A stretch of DNA of 64,000 bases from Eledone cirrhosa (lineage: Eukaryota). Of the stretch, positions 53,624-64,000 are shown piece after piece; the stretch's first letter is position 1, and each line of letters starts with the position of its first letter. A program made the translations under genes and the position numbers. A model generated the notes under the pieces. The model worked only from the letters and a program-made list of their open reading frames with translations. It did no database searches and was not told the origin of the DNA. The stretch spans positions 88,164,001 through 88,228,000 of the forward strand of contig OZ024741.1 of NCBI GenBank assembly GCA_964016885.1, read 5' to 3'.

Positions 53624-54497
53624 CAGGGTGCAGACAATATTTGTTCGCAAGATTACTGTCTAGGAAAAAATAACACAGTAGTTTTATTTTTTAAGATTTA
53701 TTTATCAAACTTGGGTCAGTTTGTCTTCATGACTTGTTCTTTCGATCTCACTCGATAAACCCGCCATTGGCTTTGATGACGGCCTCAAGGCGGCTTCAGA
53801 ACCGGCTACAGGCCTTCATCACTGTCCCCTGATTTAGGCCCCTAAAGGCACTTGTGATCCTGGCCTTCAGATCGTCTTTCGTATTGCAGCTAGATCTGTT
53901 GGTGTCTCATTCCACTGTGCCCCACACAAAGAAGTCGAGCTGGGAGGCCAGATGTCAAGTGAAGTGTGGTCGACAAAGTTCTCTGACAGCCAGGCTTGGG
54001 TCTTTCGGCTGGTATGGCAGGGCGTTGAGTCTTGCTGCCACACGTACGGCTTACCTGTAGCTACCTGGTCGATCCAGGGCTTTACTACCTCGCTCAGAAC
54101 TCGGATGTAGCCATCAGTGTTCAGCTTGAGGCCCTCAGGGAAGAACTCGGGCGTTCTGAAGGCATCAGATCGTCGATCATGTGTTTTCCTCTCTGATGTT
54201 GCTTTGTAGTCGAATCCTGAATCTTCCAATTCCTTTCTGACCTTTTCCACCATTCTCCTGCTGACGCTGAGAAAGTCTGAAATTTCCTTATTTGTCCTCC
54301 CGGCGCAGATTCCAAGAAGAACTCCGTGTCTCTTCCACAAATTTGGAGGTTCAAAATTATTCATAATCAATTATTCTGAAAATAAATAATGGAAATATAG
54401 TCACTATTTTTATGAAGACAAGAGTGACAACGAAAGTAAAAAAAATTTGCATAAAATTAGCAGTTGAAAATTGCGAACAAATATCATCCACACCCTG
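53624..54497 (-). mobile_element. Internally deleted Tc1/mariner-superfamily element (maT/DD37D-like)
   Basis: TIRs cagggtgcagacaatatttgttcgcaa / ttgcgaacaaatatcatccacaccctg flanked by TA in (TA)n. ORF 53867-54370 has an HTH-like N-terminus fused to YVWQQDSTPCHTSRKTQAWL..WPPSS. Confidence 0.92.
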
Positions 54498-55849
54498 TAT
54501 ATATATATATGTGTGTGTGTCTGTACACACATAATATTAATTATATATTGTAATATAAAATATGTATTTCAACATATAATTAATATTGTTTCTGTAATAT
54601 TCTTGAAGTATTCTCTGGAATGGATTTTATTCACATCTTACTTCCATTGAGATCTTTACAAAACAATGAAATTGAGATGTTTTTGTTTGATTTATGTTCA
54701 GTTCTCATTTACAAAAAGAAGTGTTTGGTCTCATACTCAATTGTTATTATTGTAGTAACAACAATAAAGTGGATTGGCAGAATCGGTAGAGTGGCAAACA
54801 CTATGCTTCGCAACATAGTTACGGCCCTTTACATTATGTGGTCAAATCCCACTGAAGTTAGCTTTGCTTTTCATCCTTATGGGGTCGATAAAATAAAGCA
54901 CCAGTAATGCACTGGGTTCAATTTAATCGACTTTCCCCTCTTCTAAAATCATTGGCCTTGTGCCTAAATCAGAGACCATTATTGTAGTAGTAACTCACCT
55001 CTCTTGCTAAAGCTGGGGTTAGGCTTGCAGGCCTCATGACAAGCTTCTCCAGTGTTATCTAACCTCTGCACCCCACCCCCCAGTGTCTAACATAATTTTA
55101 TATGAAAACCATATCTTAGCAATGAAATGATTAATGTTTTTAATAAATCCCTGAAAATTCATCATTAATTAATTTGTGCCTAAAGTAGAAACAATTAATT
55201 AATTGAAATAGAAAGTGTTTCATTAGAAATACAGTCTTAAAAGTGTTAAACAATATTGAATATCTCTGTATGATGATGTTTTTAGTTTATTGATTTTGAG
55301 ATCTGTTATAGCCATTAGTGAAAGTGGATAGCATTGAAAGATGAATACTATTGTGGGGCCCCTGCAGCAATAGTAAAGGTGGTGGTAGCATTGGCAGCAA
55401 CAGTGAATATGATTAATAATAATATTGGTGATTTATTTCTTTGGCACAGTCTGTCAAAGTGTATGAGTAGGCATGGCTGTGTAGTTAAATTCACATTAGA
55501 ACAACATGGTTTGGGGTTTAATTCCACTGCATCGCATCTTTAGCAAGTGTATATACACACACACACACTTGCATACACACATATATACACTCGCACACAC
55601 ACGTGGTCAATGCACAGGAGCAGTAGGCAGCAAGTGCTCACAGGAAACAAGCTCTACCTAATTCTTAGGTTTCTGAGAAGCAGTTGACAGCTTCTGTTAC
55701 CTGGGTGACTAAATTAGCAGTGGAGGTGGGTGTTCCAAATGAACAGTAGCCAGAGTGAGAATGGGATGGGGGAAGTTCAGGGAGCTACTGTCGCTGCTAG
55801 CTACAAAAGGTTTTTCTCTAAAAAAGAAGGGCAGCTTGTATGATTTGTG

Positions 55850-56110
55850 TATACCAACAGCAATGATGCATTGTAGTGAGACCTGGACACTGTGTGCTTA
55901 GCTTACATGCTCTGATGGATGTGTAATAGTAATATAAATGAACTGAGAGAGAAACTGGGAATAAGAGGGATTAGATGCAGAGTGCAGGAGAGGAGATTAC
56001 AGTAGTATGGACATGTGATGCATACAAAAGGGTGCATGGCACTCAAAGTTGATGGAAGCTATGGAAGAGAAAAATGTAAAGAAGCTTGAGATGAGGTGAT
56101 AAAAACTGAC
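55850..56110 (+). mobile_element. RTE-clade LINE 3' fragment
   Basis: L*WMCN..LREKLGIRGIRCRVQERRL..YGHV. Confidence 0.75.
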
Positions 56111-56792
56111 CTCACACAATTGCAACTCTGAAAAGCGATTGCACAGAATCGAAATCTCTGATGTTAGATCTGCAGAAGACCCACCTTCCCATCCATGTGC
56201 ATGGGATGAATCAAACATCTAGTGGTCTCTATTATGCACCACTTCTCCCCCTCCTCCTTCCATACACCTGCCATGTTTTAACACTCCAACCTTTACTCAT
56301 GTCTCAAAATTCAACACTTCACCAGCTAAGTACTTTTTCAATTCCCACCCTACATCCACCCCCCACTTTCAACATTTGATGCACTTCTCTTGACCAACCC
56401 ATGTATACAAGGATGGAAAGATGAACACCTCCAACAATGCTGCTGAAATGGCTAAAAGCTCTTAATCTACCCTGTAAGGTAGTCATGCTAGTGACACAAC
56501 AGTAGCCCGTAGTTCACCATGTAAGACATTCATGTTGGTGTCATAACAAAAGAGCACCTAGCCCTCCATGCAAGTTGATTGTGTAGTTCAGCGTGACACA
56601 ATGTGTGAAGCATACTCTGTCAGATACCATTTAGAAAACCCCGATGTGGAGTGCTTAAGATGGAACACACCATAGATATTTGTGCAGAAGCTCATCTAGT
56701 ATGCATATGTATATTTGCATGTTTTCACAGTGAATGTTTGGGCAGCAGTTCAAAACCCGAAGTTTAATGGAACAAGTACCTCCCTTTCTTGA

Positions 56793-56988
56793 CCTTTTAG
56801 CATTTAAACCGGCCGTATCTGGTCAGAATTCTCTCACCTCTTTCTGTTCAAACCAGCCGTAACTGGCCACTCATACTGATGTTAAGGTATTGTTTTCAAA
56901 ATAAATATCAAAATTCGATATTATGTGAGATAAAGCCTTTACTGCGAAAATACAATAATAAATATAGAGTAATGCAAATGCTAAAGGG
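56793..56988. mobile_element. piggyBac-type MITE family 1
   Basis: Same internal sequence as 30161 and 34692, with degenerate TSD. Confidence 0.85.
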
Positions 56989-57644
56989 CTAAATAAGTAT
57001 AAGTCGGCATCAAGAAGGGTATCTGTTTGTAGAATACTACCTCAAAAAATACACACATGGAAAAGTGGAAGTAAAATGAGGATGATGGTAGTGATTTAAG
57101 AAATAGTGTTGGTATTGGTATGTGTGTTGGAATGGTAATGGTGATAGAGGTGTTTGATAAGACATTATCTGTCATAGTGTCTATCAATCCCCCCTCTCTC
57201 TCCCTTTCCATTATTTAATTCCTTCTTTCTTTACGATTTTCCTACATCTGATACACACCACACTCACACACACCTCTCTCAAAGGAACAGGAAACATAAG
57301 CTATTACAAGCTAATCTCACTCTGTAATAACTAATCTAGGTTTGTCATGCTAAATAACAAGAGGCTTCTCATTTCTTCTTCATCACTACCACCACCAAGA
57401 ACAACAACAGAAACTATAAAACTACTAATAGTTTGTTATGCTTAGTCAATTGTATTGTCACATGACACTTTATGCTTTCATAATCTATCTGCAATGTTTC
57501 AAACTGCTCCCAGAGCTGCCTTTTTTTCCTTTTTAAATATAAGATGCCCACCTTTGCTGATGCTACCCTTCCACCAACATCTATAACATTTATAACTCTT
57601 TTTGTTTAGAACTGTGCCCTTCCCTTATTTTTGTATTTATATAG

Positions 57645-57647
57645 AAA
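57645..57647 (+). CDS. Candidate 3-nt microexon AAA
   Basis: tgtgcccttcccttatttttgtatttatatag|AAA|gtatgt. Confidence 0.25.
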
Positions 57648-60592
57648 GTATGTTAGCAAATATACTTTCAATATTCAGATTTGCTTAACGCTTTGTAAAA
57701 CAATTATTTATATATATATGTATATACACACATATGTATTATACTTTTGTTCTTATATATTAATATTACAATGTAGTGATGGTTGTAGTCATAGTAGTAG
57801 TAGTGTTAACATTATTAAACAATCACTTTATTTCAAGAATATATATAATTTGTCTGGTATGAAATATTTTTAAAATGTATAAATTTTCTTCAAAAAAATA
57901 ACATTGACAAAGAAATGAAAAGTGTATGGAAAATTTGTCTGAATTTGTCCTTTATTTGCATTTTGGTACAGACTTGTTTGAGTGTGTGCATGTATAATAC
58001 ATTATTTGGAATGTAAATTTGAAGATTCTTGTGTGTCTGTGTGTATGTATAATACATAATTGGAATGCAAACTTGAAGACTCATTGGAATATATATAAAA
58101 TCTTCATTGATACCAAACCCTTCTGATATCAAACGATCTGAGATTACCTTTAGTTCTGTGATACAAAATTGTTTATTTTAAGTGTTGATTTTTATTTAAA
58201 TACCTGCCATCGTAATTTTAAGTAAAAATCTTTAAGTTCTGCTCCAAACACCAGCTTAAGAAGAACGTGATATTACTAAATACTTCAAAAATTCTTGATT
58301 ATTTGAAAATTATATGTAGTACCCATGCTAGCGTGGAAGATGGACGTTAAACGAAGATGATGATGATGAGTGTTTTCTATTAGAAGAGCTATATTTTAGC
58401 TCACTTCATCTGTTGCTGACTCTCTATCAATATCTTGCTGTATTTATTTCTGTAAACTGTCTAGAACTGTTTGTAATGTAAAGAACTCATCTACAAATCA
58501 CCACATACAAATTTTTTTTTCTTTTTGCTATTGTTTAACAACTGAGAAAGAGTTCAGTATATGTGGAGTAGATTTATTTGTACAAAACTGATAGTTCATT
58601 TAGTTACTACTCAGTTTCTCACAGGGAGTGAATCACTAATGTGTGTGTGTGGTACAATGAAATACTAGTGTTGGTACCAAATCAAGCACTCTATGCACAT
58701 GCAGAGTGTATATAATAGGAAAAACAAGACATCCTCGTTTTTTCTATTTTATATATATAATGACAAAATTGCCAACAAATATGATTAAAAAAATGAACAT
58801 AGAAAAGTACAGGAATGGAGATGGTTAAATGAGTCAGGATCATAGAAGTATTTGACAACATGAAGGTGGTAACATAAACAACAGAAAAAATGTTTGTGCT
58901 CACCAGCTGTTGAATGAGACTTGCAAAGTTTCAACCTTTTTTCTGCATTATGAATTCAAATCCTACCTAGGTTCACTTTGCCTTTCTTCCTTTCAAGGTC
59001 AATAAAGAAGGTACCTGCCGAGTGCTGGTGTAGTTCACTCTCATTCCAGCTGTCACATCCTGGATGTTCCACTGGATAAAAGTGGGAGTGTCATGAGGTT
59101 ATCTGTGTCTACACAAGACTTCATGGGCACCTAAAACCCTTAGCAAAAATATGGTGCATGCTACCAAGTCATACTTGATTATGAGTGACAGCTGTAGATT
59201 TTTAGTACATATATAAGTAATCTAATGTGTCTGGTGAACCGCTCTCCAATAAATATTCACAGGGACATCCTGAGAATACAACTTTTGTCTCAGACCTTCT
59301 CAAGTGTTGATATATCATTTTCTCCATTTAATGTCTGTTTTCCATGCTTGCACGTGTTAGACAGGCTGTGAAATAAATGGTTGAAGAACAAGAATCACTG
59401 TTAGAAACGATAGTGTTGATATGACATAAATTATTCACATTAGTTGAAGAAGACACATCACAATCAGATTTACATTAGTATGTACTCATATTTATGCCTT
59501 CAGCAACATGACCGGACATGACTCGAGAGCTGTTAATGGAGCTGCTGTGCAGTTGCTCAACTTGATGGAAATAGTAACCAAATCTTCCTGAAATCATACC
59601 ATAGGGGAGAAACAGAAAGAGTTGGATCGGCTAATGTCTGAGGCATGAGGTATTCCAGATTACAAAACAGTACACTAAAGAAAACCATAATGTTGGAGAG
59701 AAGTGCATATGGAATAATAGCAACATATTCTTATTGACACTGAAATGAAGTGCTGTGTCAGTATGGAAAAGGCAATGAATATGATGACAATAATTATGAG
59801 ATGTATGAGAAAGGAAGGGATACATTTATACCTATATGTATAAATATATGTGTAAAAAGTTTCATATTTTAATGTTAGTTGCATTGAGTATGGTGCATGT
59901 TGTGTTCTTTTTTCTAAAATGTTCATGTTCTATAATCCAGTTGCATTTAGTTTATATAACTTTGTGTGCAGTTTCTTAATATTTTGTTTTGGGTGTTTGT
60001 TGTAGCTAGTATGCTAATATAAGAAGGAAAAAAAGGAAAGGTGCCAATCATCAGATCAGGCCAGTGAAACACTGTTTCCATTGGTATTTCCATAGCTGAT
60101 AATATTTGCTGGTTGCAATACCTGGCAGAAGGAGCAACATGAAATAAAGTATTTTGTAAGAACACAACCCACTGCCCGGTCTAATGCCCTAACCACTAAG
60201 CCATGCACCTTCACATACTATAAAACAAAAATTAAATATCTCCCCACCACCAAATCGTGTGGTAATGAGCTTGTTTCCCCAGTGGCATGTTGTGTCCATG
60301 AACAAGTCACTTTATTTCACATTGTTGCAGTTAACTTAGTTGTCAAAAAAATTAGATGTACCTGTAATTTGAAAGGCCAGCCATGTCACACATTGCATCA
60401 CATTGAATCTCTGAGCACTACATTAAAAGTGCATATGTCTGTGGCATGCTCAGCCACATGCACAATCATTTCACAAGCAGGCTGTTCCATTGTCTGAACA
60501 ACTAGAACACTTGTAGTGGTCCAGCTTGCACATATATATATATATATACACACACACACACGCACACACAAACATACACACATACATACATG

Positions 60593-61119
60593 ATGGCTGC
60601 CCCCTCGTTATCAAGTATGGCCATTGCATGATATACCATTATTAATCATTATTAATTAATTCTATCATGCAATGCCGTGCATGAAGATATTTTTTAAAGT
60701 GAGGAAAGACTGTGCACTGAACCAATCCCACTCTCTGAGCGACAGTAGCTATAACCCGAAAAGAAGAAAAGATCAACATCATCGGTAACTACTGAGCCGC
60801 AGGTTTTATATCAGAGTTATCCCAGTTTCCTGAGAGACCTTCTCCTAGAAGAATGCCCTGACAAAGGCTAGAGGTCCTTCACTCCCAGTGGTTTAACCGC
60901 ACGGTACATGTGTATATACATATTTACACACTTTTGGATGGCCGTTGACTCTTATGAGTTCTGCCCTTTGCAGGTTTTGTTTTTTGTCCTGCAGGGTGTC
61001 CAAAATCACCCTCCTCACTAAGTAAACTTGGTGGGGTTGCCGGTTTAGTCGCCGACGACCCGACCATGCGACAGGTTGTACTGGGTTACATGTTACCAGT
61101 AGCACTCAAGTGACCCGAC
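60593..61119 (-). mobile_element. GC/CpG-rich retroelement fragment, probably an RTE 5' region, bounded by (CATA)n
   Basis: Composition shift with retained CpGs, inserted between catacata repeats; family assignment is inferred. Confidence 0.45.
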
Positions 61120-61463
61120 ATACATACATACATACATACAATTCCAGATAACAAAAGACAAATACAGATGCAGTTGCAGAAAATCTTATTAGTTTCACAT
61201 TTGCTGTATCCTACTTTTTAGAATAGGTACACTGTATCTTTACATTTTGTAAGAGGTGACTAAAAGGATTGTCATTCGGCTGTGAAACACTACCACAAAA
61301 ATCTTATCCAACCCATGCCAGCATGAAAAATGGGAATAAAATAAAGATTGAGACCTAGTCAGTTTTTACCACTAGTTGTTTTTTAAAGTTACTTATATTC
61401 TTGTATTCTCATAAAAACACTCCTTCCATATATGCGCGCACACACACATACACACATACACAC

Positions 61464-61574
61464 ATGTATATATACTCACACATACCCAGACACACATGTG
61501 CATAGACACACACACACACACAGATGTATATATACTCACACATACCCAGACACACATGTGCATAGACACACACA
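61464..61574. repeat. 60-bp-period tandem duplication in low-complexity DNA
   Basis: atgtatatatactcacacatacccagacacacatgtgcatagacacaca occurs twice. Confidence 0.9.
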
Positions 61575-62229
61575 TACATATAACTGATTATAGGAGCATT
61601 CCATATGTAGTTACAGTATTTCTATTATGGTGCGACTTTTTACATTTGATACTGCACCCACTATTTTTATCAACCACTTGGTCTACAAGATTCGTATTCT
61701 CCATAATGTCCTTTTAGTGTTTAATTTCAGAACATACAAACTTCAGCTTGTTTATTTATAACTGTTAGATTTTCAGGCCAACATCATCGAGTGAAGTAGG
61801 GGGTGGAGGAGAGCAAATGTGTGTTTGTGAAAGAGAGAGAGAGAGATAAGTTGAATGTGACCAGGTTTCGATTTTAGCTTCTAGATTTTTTATTTATATT
61901 TGTTTCTTTCTTGTATTGCTAATATTTTGAGAAAAACCTGAAATATCTCGCATTCCCATTTTCTTTTCTCGTATCAGTCTGTTTTGATCATTTTAAAGAT
62001 ATCTCTTTCACCTCTCCCTTCTCTCTCTCTCTCTTTTCAATGGAGCAGATGATAGATAAGACTTAATGCCATACTCATTACTTATTTATTTCTGTGTTCT
62101 TGTACGTAAATATTTAGTTCATGAATGTTTGAAGTAAATAAACTCAAACTTTCAAACAAGAACTATTGAGTTTTTAGGACATTTGACTTTTAAATCTAAA
62201 AATAGCTAACATTTTTGAGGAAAACTGTT

Positions 62230-62248
62230 ACACACACGCACGCGCACG

Positions 62249-62336
<88 letters not shown>

Positions 62337-62351
62337 GAGGGGGGGGGGGGG
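62230..62351. repeat. (CA)n microsatellite followed by poly-G
   Basis: Seen directly. Confidence 0.97.
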
Positions 62352-62398
62352 TAACCACAATAAGTGAAGTACTCAATACATTAGTAAAGTATATACAG

Positions 62399-62488
62399 AA
62401 TTTAATATAGAAATGGCTTCAATAGGACTAATGATTTCTTAAAAATGAAACCGTTCTAGTCCTGTAGAAGCCATTTCTATATTAAATT
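62399..62488. repeat. Inverted repeat with arms of about 32 bp
   Basis: aatttaatatagaaatggcttc..ggacta / tagtcc..gaagccatttctatattaaatt. Confidence 0.9.
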
Positions 62489-62489
62489 T

Positions 62490-62520
<31 letters not shown>

Positions 62521-62797
62521 CTTTTTCAATTCTATTGATGAAAAAATACTCTAAAAAGAATAAACAACTTTGAAAATGTCTATTTTATTGGAGTCTTCTT
62601 CCCTGTATTTATTCCCCTATAAAATTGTTGTTTCATTAGAAACAGTTTCATGTTATATAAACAATCTTGTTGTATCACCTATTACTGGTTTGCATTCCAA
62701 ACATTTGATTTAAAACTAGAGGAAAAAAGTATTTAATAATAATTCTGAAAAATTATATTTATTTACTTATTTTAATTTTATGTTTTCTTTGTAACAG

Positions 62798-62836
62798 CTG
62801 TGCCTGGAGAATTAAATACTAGTTCACATTCATTAA
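62798..62836 (+). CDS. Candidate 39-nt frame-preserving exon (xVPGELNTSSHSL)
   Basis: tttatgttttctttgtaacag|CTGTGCC...TCATTAA|gtaatt; alternative donor CCA|gtatga after 62853. Confidence 0.3.
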
Positions 62837-64000
62837 GTAATTTTTATTTTCCAGTATGATATCAAATTGAGTGTTTCCTGTTGCTGCTAATGAAAACAAA
62901 CCATCTGGGATAAGTGGGAACTCCACAATGTGCTCTCCCACACACCTTTCTGTTAAGAAAATATAATCTGGAACTGTTCTTTAACCCTTTTGATACGAAA
63001 GCAGCTCTGGTTTTACAATACTAAGCTGTTTATTTTAAAATGAAAACATCATCAACATCATTGTTATTTTTTTTTTTTAAATGGATATAAAAATGACGAC
63101 GATGATGAGGATGATGTTCACATTGATCTAAAATCCTACTATAATTTTATGTAAGAACATTTAAACTATGTTCCAAACACCAACTTAATAATGAGACAGT
63201 TATATTTCCCTCAAATACTTGATTATTTTCAGAATGATTTGAAAATCAGGCATTGTATTTCAATAGAAATATTGTAACGAAAGGGTTAATGTTTAATTAA
63301 CCATTTCCCTGTTTCATATGTGCATATCTCCACCTTCTTTTCTGCCACAGTCTATGGTTGTTATATATTCAGCTACAGTGATCTTCTAGAGAAGCTAATC
63401 CAGCCAAATAAATTGTTACAGCTTATTACATATGCTTGAATATGCACACACACAGACATGTATTTTTCCTATTTTATACTTGTTTTGGCATTATATGTAT
63501 TAAATATACAAGTTGTGTGTGTGTAAATTTAAGATAAATTTAATGTAGGTGGAACTACAGTTTATAAACCTCACTTTGAAAAACATTCTTATTCTCTTTG
63601 TACACAAAAAAACCCCCCAGATATTTCCTTTGCATGTTTCACCGTTAGTTGACCACCTATCAGAAAATTTCCTTTATTCTTCTGTCTACAAGAGAGTTAT
63701 AGTCAAACACTATATTAAACATAAGCTAGGAATTAACTAAACTAGCTTATCTAATTTGCATAATGTGCAATAATTGACTGTGTAATTAATTAAACTGTAT
63801 GTATATCTGTATTAAGTTTATCCTAGTTTTCTTTTCTAATATAAGTTGTACCGTACTTAAATATTTATTATATATAAATATATTTGTGAGTGTGTCTTTT
63901 TGTCTAAAATCCTTTAATGTATCTGGTCTACTTAATCTTGTAGATGTGATATATAATACTGACACTGTGTAAAAGTGTGTTTCCATTTGGATTGATCTAT

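Noticed and set aside
63351-63356. 6-nt exon TCTATG after a strong UGC-containing acceptor
   Set aside because: Donor gttgtt is too weak to support a call

Overview
Eukaryotic, AT-rich, repeat-dense DNA. The SINE, RTE, mariner and Penelope landscape looks like a cephalopod (octopus-like) genome; that assignment is an inference. There is one clearly recognisable coding exon, 1711-1805 (+): the subdomain VIb-VII exon of the pseudokinase NRBP ([31 protein letters not shown]). I could not find the expected next constitutive exon (VAPD..HVKT..APEYG), so the rest of the window appears to be one intron of at least 62 kb that interrupts the activation segment. It is filled with tRNA-derived SINEs, TTAA (piggyBac-type) MITEs, three Tc1/mariner relics, a Penelope-like element with a well-formed hammerhead fold, RTE fragments, foldback palindromes and microsatellites. 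The most interesting signal is about 11 candidate microexons (3-69 nt) in the non-repetitive islands of this intron. Many have UGC-rich acceptors and phases compatible with the NRBP phase-1 junction, which suggests a combinatorial activation-loop cassette array. This is unproven without RNA-seq, because pseudo-exons are common in large introns. Nearly all entries in the ORF track are spurious.
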